The position numbers and the translations under genes are program-made. Positions 23,301 to 32,589 of a DNA stretch of 49,785 bases are shown in pieces. The stretch is from Myxococcota bacterium. Lineage in GTDB: Bacteria > Myxococcota_A > Polyangia > Polyangiales > Sandaracinaceae. Every line of letters starts with the position of its first letter. The first letter of the stretch is position 1. Below the pieces are notes generated by a model. The model saw nothing but the letters and a program-made list of their open reading frames with translations. It made no database searches and was not told where the DNA came from. The stretch lies in the NCBI GenBank assembly GCA_036149055.1, contig JAYZQJ010000100.1:1-49785 (forward strand). Direction: 5' to 3'.

Positions 23301-25567
23301 CGCAGACCGCCAAGGTCGGCGCGCATCACCAGGCCCGGGTGGGCGCCCTGCTGCTGGCCCGCGGGGACGCCTCCGCCGCGCTCGCCGCGTACCGGGCCGC
23401 GGTCGCGCTCGACCCCTCGAGCCTGGACGCCGTGCGCGGCCTGACCCTCGCCGCCCGGGCGGTGCCCGACGGCGGCGCGATGGTGCAGGCGGCCCGCATG
23501 GAGCGCGACGCCACCCGCGACGAGGTGGTGGCCGTGCAGGTGCTGCTCGAGGCGGCCCGGCTCTTCTTCGACGCGGGCGACGAGGAGACCGCCGCCTCGA
23601 CCTACGAGGAGGCCCTGCACCTCGACCCGGACAGCCCGGAGGCGGCCACCGGCCTGATGGCCACGATGATGAGCGCGACCCACGTGCCGCGCCTGATCGA
23701 GCTGCTGACCCTGGCGGCGAGCCGCGCCGACGACCCGAGCCGCGCCTGCATCCTGCACCTATCCGTCGCCCTGCTCTGGTCGGACGTGCGAGGCGACCTC
23801 CCGGCGGCGATCGCCGCGACCCGGCGCGCCCTGGCGGTGGTCCCGCGCTCTCAGCGCGCCATGGCGACGCTCGCCCGCTACCTCGAGGAGAACGCGCAGC
23901 ACGCCGACGCGGCCAAGGTCCTCGAGAGCGCCCTCGAGGACGCCACCGGGAAGCCGCGGGTCGACGCGCACCTCTCGCTGGCGCAGCTCCACGAGCGTCA
24001 CCTCGACCGCCCCGAGGACGCCAAGGCGCACCTGCGCCGGGTCCTCGAGCTCGAGGCGGACCACCCGGGCGCCCTCACCTCCCTGGTGCGGCTGGAGCGC
24101 CTGACCGGGCACGCCGACGAGGCCCTCGCGCTGGCGCGCCGGTTGATCGAGGTCGTGCAGGAGCCCGTGCCCCGCGCGGCCGCGCTGGCGGAGATGGCGC
24201 AGCTCGAGAAGCAGCGCGGAGACCTCGCCGCCGCCGCCGCCGCCGCCGAGAGCGCCATCGCGATCCAAGGTCCCCGCGCGCCGGCGGCCAAGCTCTACCG
24301 CGGCCTGATCGCCCAGGCCCCCGAGCAGGCCAGCTGGGAGCGCTACAGCCAGGCGCTGATGGTCTACCTCGAGCGCGCCAAGACCCAGCGCGGAGACCTC
24401 GCCGCGACCTACCGGGAGCTCGCGCGCGTCTTCGGCGAGAAGCACGACCGCCCCGAGCGCGCGATCGGCGTGCTGCGCGAAGGCGTCCGGGCCTGCCCCT
24501 ACGACGCGTCCATCTCACTCGCCCTCGTCCGAGCCCTACGGAACGGCCGCGAGGACGGCCAGGCGATCGACGAGCTGCGGCGCCTGCTCGACGAGGACGT
24601 GCTCGAGGTCGGCGCGTGGCGCACGCTCGCCGAGGTGATCGCCGGCACCAGCGAGCCGGAGGGGCGCGCCGCGGTGCTCTCTCCGCTCGTGACGCTCGGC
24701 CAGGCCACGCCCGAGGAGACGCAGGCGGTCGGGGCGCGGCGGGTGCGCGCGGGCAAGGCGCCGGCCGGCCTGCTCGGCCACGGCGGCCTGGAGCAGCTGA
24801 TGGACTCGCCCGCGCTCCACGACGCCGCCGCCACGTTCCTGCCGGCCATCGGCGAGATCCTCACCAAGCTCGAGGGCGTCGAGTACGAGCGGTGGCGGGT
24901 CAGCAAGCGCGACCGCATCCGCACCGGCGAGCCCCACGCGCTCCGGAGCTTCGCGGACCGGGTCGCGCGGATCTTCGGCGCGCCGGAGTTCGATCTCTTC
25001 GTCTCGCCGGCCCAGCTCTCGCGCACCTTCCTGGTCTCGGGGAGCCCGCCCGCGCTGGTCGTCCCGAGCGCGATCGAAGGCGAGCGCGACGCCGTCCTCG
25101 CCTTCCACCTCGCCCGCCCGCTCGCGCTCCTCTCCCGCCAGCTGCACGCCCTCGACCACGTCGACGACCGCACCCTCGGCCACATCATCTGCGCGACCGT
25201 GCGCCAGTTCGAGCCGGGCTTCGTGCTCCACCCGCTGCTCGAGGAGGAGGACATCGAGGCCGAGTCGCGCCGGGTCGCCAAGGCCATCGGCTTCTTCTCG
25301 CGCGGCCGCCTCCAGGACGCCGCCCTCGCCTACGCCGCCCAGCCGACCCCCGACATCTTCATGTGGTCGCGGGAGATCCGCCGCCTCGCCACCCGCGCCG
25401 CGCTCCTGGTCGCCGACGACCTCGTCGCGGTCCTCGGCACCATCGGCGAAGAGCTCGGCCCCGACAACTACGCCACCGACCTCGCGCGCTTCTGGGTCAG
25501 CGACCCGGCCTTCCGCTTCCGCCGCGCCCTCGCCCAGCGCGCGGCCTCTACCCCGACCCCCACCTAG
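20378..25567 (+). CDS. giant tetratricopeptide-repeat protein (1729 aa; myxobacterial AgmK-like TPR scaffold)
   Basis: Many repeats of type A...YE.AL..DP.H..A...L.RL; Pro-rich N-terminus; conserved-looking C-terminal domain; codon bias on + strand. Confidence 0.88.
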   Translation: MDEQRPTTRPDDTAEHELPDAKPLVIAVPPPPPRRKLPPKPPPPPPPRREQDTDQQAAPTAAEEKTQVAVAASVVVGESHTDEMARPGLLLGDPGTRPHLGMAAAQLRDLCEAQLSVESDVEREAQLHHALGRLSEGPLSDPEGAARHYGEVIGRAPDHVPALRGARRVAAQLGRHAELPALFDAELAVTRDPAAKARLLHAKGRVLEARLGRPADAIEVYREGLALAPGDLVLLKALERGYRRDESWAELADTYARLADAVDDPPLRAAWTALRAHLTEAKLGDPVQAATLYESALATDPHASDALAHVKRLGASQRRWPQLVAALRTEHELCRDVDARQSILRAIARVQERALGDAAAAIQTLEEALRARPEDTSLLRELARLAAATGRHPLRADALARRIELETAPEVVVGLAMELGQLHEGPLEAVEPALGWYERALAADPRHRGAAAALERLLTEREAWSEVRRVMATRAAALTDPIEQAQLHHRLGQLHERRLHDPDEATRQHARALSLDRSHHGAFVSLTRLLTHAGRWHELVELYERAIDHAPHDDEAIAWLFRMGAILEDRLDDPAAALSVYERVLERDAAHLGAWHAVQRAAERAGRIDRLSAALRSEAALTRDGERRDALLHRAAEHEAEADPDAACRALEGILTRTPAHRPSLETLARLRDASGHHAALVKVYERLLPIAAPDERARLHTRIAETRERALADDAGAIAAYRQALALEDRATVRDALARALERTGRWEELAACRREQLDRLEEPAERAAAAHALGVLLEEKLSDPARALEAHELALRADPLFRPALDARERLLTDAQAWERLAEAIAAEADASSDGFERTQASLRKALVLAHRGAPIHSALESFRPVFAAKSGHAGALVAVEGIYGKASDPAGLDATYARMADVLGAEPAVHAALEALAEARTERGEDVADLLGRMLEARPEDRGALERLAEDAERRGDATALLHAHSRLAALAQTAKVGAHHQARVGALLLARGDASAALAAYRAAVALDPSSLDAVRGLTLAARAVPDGGAMVQAARMERDATRDEVVAVQVLLEAARLFFDAGDEETAASTYEEALHLDPDSPEAATGLMATMMSATHVPRLIELLTLAASRADDPSRACILHLSVALLWSDVRGDLPAAIAATRRALAVVPRSQRAMATLARYLEENAQHADAAKVLESALEDATGKPRVDAHLSLAQLHERHLDRPEDAKAHLRRVLELEADHPGALTSLVRLERLTGHADEALALARRLIEVVQEPVPRAAALAEMAQLEKQRGDLAAAAAAAESAIAIQGPRAPAAKLYRGLIAQAPEQASWERYSQALMVYLERAKTQRGDLAATYRELARVFGEKHDRPERAIGVLREGVRACPYDASISLALVRALRNGREDGQAIDELRRLLDEDVLEVGAWRTLAEVIAGTSEPEGRAAVLSPLVTLGQATPEETQAVGARRVRAGKAPAGLLGHGGLEQLMDSPALHDAAATFLPAIGEILTKLEGVEYERWRVSKRDRIRTGEPHALRSFADRVARIFGAPEFDLFVSPAQLSRTFLVSGSPPALVVPSAIEGERDAVLAFHLARPLALLSRQLHALDHVDDRTLGHIICATVRQFEPGFVLHPLLEEEDIEAESRRVAKAIGFFSRGRLQDAALAYAAQPTPDIFMWSREIRRLATRAALLVADDLVAVLGTIGEELGPDNYATDLARFWVSDPAFRFRRALAQRAASTPTPT

Positions 25568-25696
25568 CAGCCCGCCCAGCGAGGCTTCTTCGAAGCCCGG
25601 CGGAGCCAGCTCCAGGCACACGCTCACCGAGGACGCTTCGCGGGGATGCCGGTGCAACGGTCACCGCGAAGGCTGCGGAGCAGCCGGAGTGGGGCC

Positions 25697-26091
25697 CGTT
25701 GTGCCGGCGCAGCGGGGGGGCGGGGGCGGACCCGCCCCTGCCCAAGAACTCGAGAGGTGGCAAACAATGGCGCGCGGGCAGCCCAAGCTCGCTTCCGCGA
25801 TGACTGACCCCATACGACGGCAGGCGACGAGCGCAGCGAGGTCGCCGCACGCGCCGCCCGAGTCGTTCGATCCCGCGGCAGCGGGCGGCCAGCTCGCGCG
25901 CAGCGCGAGCGCGAGCCGCAGGGCCCCCGGCGCCCCGCGCCGGGGTCGGGGCCGAGCGGAGCGAGGTCCCGGAGTGGGTGGGGGGCCCCGCGGAGCAGGT
26001 GCAGCGATGTTTGCGGAGGCGTAGCCGGAGCGAACATCGTTGTGCCGGCGCAGCGGGGGGGGGCGGGGGCGGACCCGCCCCTGCCCAGCAA
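25697..26091 (+). repeat. Family-2 REP-like direct repeats (~48-50 bp) with GC hairpin, plus intervening hairpins
   Basis: CGTTGTGCCGGCGCAGC-G7/9-CGGGGGCGGACCCGCCCCTGCCCA at 25697-25744 and 26038-26087. Confidence 0.85.
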
Positions 26092-26093
26092 AG

Positions 26094-27488
26094 TCAGTCG
26101 TAGATCTTGTCGACGAACTGGAGCGCGCCGAGGTTCCTGTCGTCGACGAACGCGCGGTGGTCGCGGTAGATGCGCTCCATCGTCCCCTCGGCGAAGCGGA
26201 GGATGTCGTCGATCAGGAGCCCGTCCTCGCCGATCGCCTCGAGGATGCGCTTCTCGGCGTTGCCCTGCATCACCCCGGTGTCGCCGTCGGCGAGCGCGTG
26301 GGCCTGCGCCAGCGAGGTGCCACAGATCCGCGCGTACTTCTTCCACTGCTTCTTGGAGAGATCGTCGATGTCGATCTCTTCCTTGTAGGGGCTGCGCTCG
26401 CGCACCAGGAAGCTCTCGCCCGCGATCTCGGCCTTGCCGTAGAACGGGTCGCCGCCCACGAGGTGCACCGCCTGCGCGTTGACCACCCGATCCGCCTCGC
26501 CGTCCATCTGCTTCTGGGAGGGCGGCGCGAGCCCCGCGAGCGCCGAGCGGCGGGCGCGCTTCAGCTCGAGGATCACGTCGTCGGTGCCGTCCTCGCTCAG
26601 CCCCTCGATCAGCACCCAGAAGCGCGCCAGCCCGAGCGACGCGGTGCCCGAGCCCTTGCGCTCGGCCACGTCCTTCACCTTCAGGTTGCCGGCCCGGGCG
26701 GGCAGCTCCGACAGCTCGTTCTTGTCGGCGTACTCGTCGATGATCTCCTGGAACTCCTCGACCCGGCTCGGGAGCGGCACGATCTTCTCGCTCGCCACGA
26801 AGCGCTCGCGCTTCTCGCCGAGGTACTTCGAGAGCCACGGCTCCCGATCCCGCTGAGCGCGCTGCAGCAGCTTGCGGATCAGCTTCGGGCTGTTGTCGAT
26901 CCGCAGCTGGTAGTGCATCTCGCTGTCGTCGCGCGCGAAGCCCCGGAGGCCCTCGAGGTAGCCCTGGATGAGCTTCTTCGCGATCTTGCGCAGGTGCTTG
27001 TCGGCGACCCCCTGCTCTCGGGCCGCGATCATGAAGCCGACCGCGCCGCGCTTGAGATCCCAGGTGAAGGGCGCGAAGTACGCCTCGTCGAAGTCGTTCA
27101 CGCCGAAGATGGGCGTGTTGTCGACCGACGGCATCACGCCGAAGTTCTCCGGGTGCACGTCGCCGAGGGTCAGCACCGTCGGCATCCACGAGTCCTCGCC
27201 CGCCATGTCGCGGTAGAAGAGGAGGCAGGTGCCGCGGAAGTAGGAGTAGACGGAGGCCGCGAGCTTGTCGAACTTGGTCGCGGCGCCCTCCGGTCGCTGA
27301 TGGATGCGCTGGGCGTGATCCTCGCGCAGGGTCTGCCGCACGTAGAGCCGCCGGTCCTCTTCGGGGAGGTGGCGGGGCAGCATGACGAACTCGCCGGACG
27401 CCCGGCGGCGGGCGAGCTCGGCGAAGTCCTCGAAACGCGACGCGGTGGGCGGCTCACCGCCCGGGTTGTGAGTGCGCGGCATGTCCAC
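26094..27488 (-). CDS. DUF2252 family protein (kinase-like fold)
   Basis: YFRG, GDVHPENFG, NDFDEA...PFTWDLKR, GTASLG, LELK, LAQAHA motifs. Confidence 0.85.
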   Translation of the reverse strand: MDMPRTHNPGGEPPTASRFEDFAELARRRASGEFVMLPRHLPEEDRRLYVRQTLREDHAQRIHQRPEGAATKFDKLAASVYSYFRGTCLLFYRDMAGEDSWMPTVLTLGDVHPENFGVMPSVDNTPIFGVNDFDEAYFAPFTWDLKRGAVGFMIAAREQGVADKHLRKIAKKLIQGYLEGLRGFARDDSEMHYQLRIDNSPKLIRKLLQRAQRDREPWLSKYLGEKRERFVASEKIVPLPSRVEEFQEIIDEYADKNELSELPARAGNLKVKDVAERKGSGTASLGLARFWVLIEGLSEDGTDDVILELKRARRSALAGLAPPSQKQMDGEADRVVNAQAVHLVGGDPFYGKAEIAGESFLVRERSPYKEEIDIDDLSKKQWKKYARICGTSLAQAHALADGDTGVMQGNAEKRILEAIGEDGLLIDDILRFAEGTMERIYRDHRAFVDDRNLGALQFVDKIYD

Positions 27489-27541
27489 GCCCCATCTCTA
27501 GGTCCGTCGCGATGTGCCCCAAAGGTCCTCGTTGGGGGCCG

Positions 27542-28819
27542 TCAGCCCTCCGCCATCGCGGGCGCAGGGCCGAGGACCTGGAGGTAGGCCACCGGGCGGG
27601 GGCCGCGGCGGCGGCTGAGGTAGGCGATGTCCCGGCCGGCGCCGAAGTCGATCGCCGCCATCCGGTGCCCGCCGCCGTCGCCGTTGCCGCGCGAGCGGGG
27701 GGGCTCGCTGCGCCGGGGCGCCGGGCCGCCGAGCCAGCCGAAGAGGTCGTCGACGATGGCCGCCGCCGCCTCCGGCTTGCCGTGCTGGCGCGCCGCCTCG
27801 GCCATCGCCTTGCGGACCGCCTCGTCGTCGAGGAGCCGCGTCGCCTCCCGCACGAGGCCGTCGACGCTCAGCGCGCTCTCCCGGATCGCGACGGCCGCGC
27901 CCGCCGTCTGGAGGGCCTCGGCGTTGCGCGCCTGGTGGTCGTCGGCCGCGAAGGGGTACGGCACGAGGATGGCCGGCCGGCCGATGGCGCAGACCTCGGC
28001 GAGGGTGGTGGCGCCGGCCCGGGCGATGACCAGCGCGGCGGAGGCGTAGGCCTTCGCCATGTCGTCCACGAAGCTCACGACCTGGGCGGGCACGCCGAGC
28101 TCGCGGTAGCGCGCCTCGACCTCGTCGCGCATGGCCGCGCCGGTCTGATGCACGACCTCGAGGCCTCGCTCGGCGAGCCCGAGCTGGGCGAGCGCCGCGG
28201 GCACGGTCTCGTTGAGCACCTTCGCGCCCTGGCTGCCGCCGAGCACGAAGATCTTGCGGGAGCGCGCCTCGAACCCGTCGGGATCGGCGAGCGCGGCCCG
28301 CGCGGCGTCGACGAAGGTGCGCCGCACCGGGTTGCCCAGCAGCTTGGCCCGCCGCCCGATCTGCGTCCGGGCCTCGTCGAAGGCGACGTAGGCGCGACCG
28401 GTGATCGGCGCGAGCACGCGGTTCGTCAAGCCGACGTGCGCGTTCTGCTCGAGGATGGCGGTGGGCACGCCGCGCGCGGCCGCCGCGAGCAGCATCGGCC
28501 CGCTGGCGTACCCGCCGACGCCGAGCACCAGGTCCGGCTTGAGCTCCGAGATGAGCCCCGAGGCCCGCCCGAACGCGCCCGGCAGCATCATCAGGCTGCG
28601 GGTGAGCTCGGCGACGGTCCGCCCCTTCAGCGGCGCGACCTCGAGGAGCTCGAGCCGCTCGCCGCGCTCGGGCAGCACGCGCGCCTCGATGCCCTTCTCG
28701 GTGCCCACGAAGGTGACCTCGACCTCGGGCTGCCGCCGGCGGAGCTCCTCCACCACGGCGATGCCGGGGAAAAGATGTCCGCCGGTCCCCCCACCGGCCA
28801 CGATGAGTCGTCGAATCAT
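27542..28819 (-). CDS. murG: undecaprenyl-PP-MurNAc-pentapeptide GlcNAc transferase
   Basis: AGGGTGGHLFPG, GGYASGP, EQN, GNPVR, GGSQGA, RAGATT, DHQARNA. Confidence 0.97.
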   Translation of the reverse strand: MIRRLIVAGGGTGGHLFPGIAVVEELRRRQPEVEVTFVGTEKGIEARVLPERGERLELLEVAPLKGRTVAELTRSLMMLPGAFGRASGLISELKPDLVLGVGGYASGPMLLAAAARGVPTAILEQNAHVGLTNRVLAPITGRAYVAFDEARTQIGRRAKLLGNPVRRTFVDAARAALADPDGFEARSRKIFVLGGSQGAKVLNETVPAALAQLGLAERGLEVVHQTGAAMRDEVEARYRELGVPAQVVSFVDDMAKAYASAALVIARAGATTLAEVCAIGRPAILVPYPFAADDHQARNAEALQTAGAAVAIRESALSVDGLVREATRLLDDEAVRKAMAEAARQHGKPEAAAAIVDDLFGWLGGPAPRRSEPPRSRGNGDGGGHRMAAIDFGAGRDIAYLSRRRGPRPVAYLQVLGPAPAMAEG

Positions 28820-30102
28820 GCCGTACCTCCCAGCGCGACACGCGGGGGCTTCGCCCTGCCCTTCTTCCGCGTGGCGCGATCCTCGGCGCCGTCGGGAGCG
28901 CGCTGCTCCCTCGGACGCGAAATGTTGAGCAGCACCCCGACCGCCGCGCTGTTGACCAGCAGGGAGGAGCCGCCGTAGCTGATGAAGGGCAGCACCAGGC
29001 CCTTCGTGGGGAGCATGCCCATCGCCACCGCGAGGTTGGTGAAGGCCTGCATGCCCAGGAACATCGTGATCCCCATCGCGAGGTAGGTGCCGTACTCGTC
29101 GGCCGCGCCGAACGCGACGCGGACCCCGCGCACGAAGACCAGCGCGAACGCGCCGATCAGCAGCAACAGCCCGACGAAGCCGAGCTCCTCGGCGACGATG
29201 GCGCTGATGAAGTCGGTGTGCGCCTCGGGCAGGTAGAAGAGCTTCTGCAGGCTGTCGCCGATGCCGACGCCCCAGAACCCGCCCGAGCCGTAGCTCAAGA
29301 GCGACTCCGCCACCTGGTAGCCCGCGCCCTGTCGCGTGCCGAACGGATCGAGGAACGCCTCGAAGCGACGCACGCGGTAGGGGGAGCTCGCGATCAGCGC
29401 GTAGACGATCGGCGCGGTGAGCAGCCCGGCGCCAAGGATGTAGCCGAGCTTCGCGCCGGCCGTGAACAGCAGCACGAAGGTCAGCAGGCCGATCATCACC
29501 GCGCTGCCGAAGTCGGGCTGCTTCAGGCACAGCACCATGACGAAGCCGGCGACGAGCACGTGCGGCAGGAAGCCGACGCTGAACGTCTTGATCTTCTCGC
29601 GCTTCTTGGAGAGCGAGTAGGCCAGGTAGAAGATGATCGAGACCTTGGCGACCTCGGCCGGCTGCACGTGGATCGGGCCGATGGCGATCCACCGGGCCGC
29701 GCCGCCCGCGCTGTGCCCGAAGCCGAGCGCGACGAAGGCCATCAGGCCCACGACGCCGGCGAGCAGCGGGTAGGTGAAGGGGCGGTAGCGGTGGTAGTCG
29801 ATGCGCGCGATGGCGACGATCAGCGGGAGCGCGACGAGCGCGAAGATCCCCTGACGGATCAGGAAGAAGTAGCCGTTGTCGTAGCGCTGGGCCGCGAAGA
29901 CCGCGCTCGCGCTGTAGACCATGACCACGCCGAAGGCGATCAACGCGATGATCGTGCCGTAGAGGACCGCGTCGGCCGGGCCGACCACCTTGGGCAGCCC
30001 GGGCTTCTTCGGGCGCTCGTCGGCGGCGGCCACCGTCTTCTTGCGGGGCTTGTCGGCGGCCTCCTTCGGGCCGCGGCGCAGGATGGCGCGGAGCAGGCTC
30101 AC
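28816..30102 (-). CDS. ftsW: SEDS peptidoglycan polymerase FtsW
   Basis: RWI, QPAE, QPDFG, LPEAHTDFI, EELG, LPFISYGGSS. Confidence 0.96.
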   Translation of the reverse strand: MSLLRAILRRGPKEAADKPRKKTVAAADERPKKPGLPKVVGPADAVLYGTIIALIAFGVVMVYSASAVFAAQRYDNGYFFLIRQGIFALVALPLIVAIARIDYHRYRPFTYPLLAGVVGLMAFVALGFGHSAGGAARWIAIGPIHVQPAEVAKVSIIFYLAYSLSKKREKIKTFSVGFLPHVLVAGFVMVLCLKQPDFGSAVMIGLLTFVLLFTAGAKLGYILGAGLLTAPIVYALIASSPYRVRRFEAFLDPFGTRQGAGYQVAESLLSYGSGGFWGVGIGDSLQKLFYLPEAHTDFISAIVAEELGFVGLLLLIGAFALVFVRGVRVAFGAADEYGTYLAMGITMFLGMQAFTNLAVAMGMLPTKGLVLPFISYGGSSLLVNSAAVGVLLNISRPREQRAPDGAEDRATRKKGRAKPPRVALGGTA

Positions 30103-31460
30103 GCGTCACCTCCTTCCAGGGCTCGCGTCGCCTCCTGGTAGGCGTCGCCGCGGTGCGCGTACGAGCGGAACATGTCGAAGCTGGAGCAGGCGGGCGCGAG
30201 CAGGACGATGTCGCCCGGCCGGGCCAGGCCACGCGCCTCCGCGACCGCCGCCTCCATCGAGTCCGCGAACCGGATGGGGAGCCGGAGCGACGCCATCTCC
30301 CGGGCGATCAGCTGGGCGCTCTTGCCGATGAGCACCACCCCGCGGCCGACCTCGGTCAGCCGCTCGACGAGCGGCGCGTAGCTCCCGCCCTTGTCCACGC
30401 CGCCGGCGATCAGCACCGCCTTGCGGGTCCTGGAGGCGAGACCGTCGAGCGCGGCGACGGTGGCGCCGACGTTGGTCGCCTTCGAGTCGTCGACGTAGGT
30501 GACCCCGTCGAGCTCCCGCACCTTCTCCGCCCGGTGCGGCAGCCCGCCGACCTCGCGGAGGGTGGCGGTCATCGCCTCGGCGCTGGCGCCGGCGAGCCGC
30601 GCGATCAGCACCGCGGCCGCCGCGTTCTCGTGGTTGTGGCGGCCCTGGAGGCGGATCTCGGAGAGCGGGATCGACCAGCCGGTCTTGAGATCGACGAGCG
30701 CGTCGCCCTGCACGCGCACGATGCCGTCCTCGCCGCCGAAGCCGTGCCGGCCGACGTTCGCGGTCATCGGCCCGAGCTGCTTCACCGCGTCGTCGTTCGC
30801 CGGGAGCACCGCGTGGTCGCCGCGGCGCTGCGCCGCGAAGATGTTCGACTTCGCCTTCGCGTAGTCGTCGGCGCTCCGGTAGCGGTCGAGGTGGTCGGGG
30901 CTGAGGTTGAGCAGCGCCGCGACCTTCGGCCGGAGCTTGCGGACCTTCTCCAGCTGGAAGCTCGACAGCTCGAGCACCACGCGGCCGTCCTCGGTGTCGG
31001 CCTCTCCGCCGACCGCCTCGCAGGCCGCGCGGCCGAGGTTGCCGCCGACGAAGGTCTTCAGCCCGCTGCGCTGGAGCATCTCGCCGACCAGGGTGGTCAC
31101 GGTGCTCTTGCCGTTGGTGCCGGTGATGCCGATCAGCGGCGCGGTGAGGAGGCGGCTCGCGAGCTCGACCTCGCCGATGACCTCGACCTTCGAGAAGAGC
31201 GCGGCCAGCTCCGGGATCGGGGGCACGCCGGGCGACAGGACGACCAGCTCGACGCCGGCGAAGAACGCCGGGTCGTGCGAGCCGAGCGCGAGCTTCACGC
31301 CGCTCTGCTCGAGCTCCGCGGCGCGCGCGTCGAGCTCCTCGCGGGGCCGGCGATCGTTGAGGATCACCTCGGCGCCGCGGGCGTGGAGCAGCGCCGCCGC
31401 CGCGAGCCCGCTCGCGCCCGCGCCGATCACCGCCATCTTTCGACCCTGGACCTCCATCAC
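30099..31460 (-). CDS. murD: UDP-MurNAc-L-Ala--D-glutamate ligase
   Basis: SPG, GITGTNGKST, ELSSFQL, PDHLDRY, DDSKATN, APACSSFD. Confidence 0.97.
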   Translation of the reverse strand: MMEVQGRKMAVIGAGASGLAAAALLHARGAEVILNDRRPREELDARAAELEQSGVKLALGSHDPAFFAGVELVVLSPGVPPIPELAALFSKVEVIGEVELASRLLTAPLIGITGTNGKSTVTTLVGEMLQRSGLKTFVGGNLGRAACEAVGGEADTEDGRVVLELSSFQLEKVRKLRPKVAALLNLSPDHLDRYRSADDYAKAKSNIFAAQRRGDHAVLPANDDAVKQLGPMTANVGRHGFGGEDGIVRVQGDALVDLKTGWSIPLSEIRLQGRHNHENAAAAVLIARLAGASAEAMTATLREVGGLPHRAEKVRELDGVTYVDDSKATNVGATVAALDGLASRTRKAVLIAGGVDKGGSYAPLVERLTEVGRGVVLIGKSAQLIAREMASLRLPIRFADSMEAAVAEARGLARPGDIVLLAPACSSFDMFRSYAHRGDAYQEATRALEGGDA

Positions 31461-31461
31461 G

Positions 31462-32589
31462 TCACCTCAGCTTGAGCGTGGCCAGGCTCGCGAGCGCGAG
31501 CATGACGCTGATGATCCAGAAACGGACGATGACGCGCGGCTCCGGCCAGCCCTTCTTCTCGAAGTGGTGGTGGATGGGCGCCATCAGGAAGATGCGCTTC
31601 TTGAAGAGCTTGAAGGACGCCACCTGCGTGATGACGCTGATGGCCTCCACGACGAAGATGCCGCCGAGCAGGAGCGACAGGAGCTCGTTCTTCGTCATCA
31701 CGGCGAGCGAGCCGATGCCGCCGCCGAGCGCGAGCGATCCGACGTCGCCCATGAAGACCTGCGCGGGGTAGGTGTTGTACCAGAGGAAGCCGAAGCCGGC
31801 GCCGATGAGCGCGCCGCAGTAGACGCTGAGCTCGATGGCGCTCGGGAGCGACGGAATGCGCAGGTAGGCCGCCAGATCCTGCCCGAAGAAGGTCACGCCC
31901 GTCAGGTAGGCGAGGATCATGTAGGTGCCCGAGTTGATCATCACCGGGCCGATCGCGAGGCCATCGAGACCGTCGGTCAGGTTGACGGCGTTCGAGGTGC
32001 CGACGATGACGAAGGCGGCGAACACGACGTAGGCCCACGGGGCCAGCTCGACCGGCAGCCGCTCGAAGGCGACGAAGGGGATCGACAGTCGGTTGCGGAT
32101 CTCGATCCAGTCGGCCGGGAGGCCGGCGTCCCCGTACCAGAGGTAGGCGCCGAGGCCGAAGGCGACCGCGAACTGGATGACGAGCTTCCAGCGGCCGGCG
32201 AGCCCGCCGGTGTCCTTCTTCCGGATCTTCGCCGCGTCGTCGATGTAGCCGACCACGCCGTAGGCGCTGGTGACCGCGGTCACGACCCAGACCATGAAGT
32301 TGGACGGGTCCGCCCAGAGCACGGTCGAGATGATCAGCGCGAGCAGGATCAGCGCCCCGCCCATCGTCGGCGTGCCCGCCTTGCTCAGGTGCCCCTCGGG
32401 GCCCTCCTTGCGCACGACCTGCCCGATCTGCCGGGACTGCAGCCGCCGGATGAACCAGGGGTAGAGGGAGAAGGTCACCCCGAGCGCGGTGAGCGCCGCC
32501 GCGATCGCGCGGAACGGCACGTACCGGAGCACGTTCAGGAAGCCGAGGCCCGGCGCGTCGTGCAGGGGGTAGAGGAAGTAGTAGAGCAT
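31462..32589 (-). CDS. mraY: phospho-N-acetylmuramoyl-pentapeptide transferase
   Basis: GTPTMGG, NAVNLTDGLDGL, FMGDVGS, MAPIHHHFE; start overlaps murF stop. Confidence 0.97.
   Translation of the reverse strand: MLYYFLYPLHDAPGLGFLNVLRYVPFRAIAAALTALGVTFSLYPWFIRRLQSRQIGQVVRKEGPEGHLSKAGTPTMGGALILLALIISTVLWADPSNFMVWVVTAVTSAYGVVGYIDDAAKIRKKDTGGLAGRWKLVIQFAVAFGLGAYLWYGDAGLPADWIEIRNRLSIPFVAFERLPVELAPWAYVVFAAFVIVGTSNAVNLTDGLDGLAIGPVMINSGTYMILAYLTGVTFFGQDLAAYLRIPSLPSAIELSVYCGALIGAGFGFLWYNTYPAQVFMGDVGSLALGGGIGSLAVMTKNELLSLLLGGIFVVEAISVITQVASFKLFKKRIFLMAPIHHHFEKKGWPEPRVIVRFWIISVMLALASLATLKLR

Noticed and set aside
18863..23758. 1631-aa ORF suggesting a giant MurC fusion
   Set aside because: The N-terminal part is the stop-free antisense shadow of the TPR gene; real murC starts at GTG 20248 with an RBS
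25548..26482. Short ORFs across the TPR-DUF2252 spacer
   Set aside because: Low-complexity translations of repeats and hairpins with no coding bias
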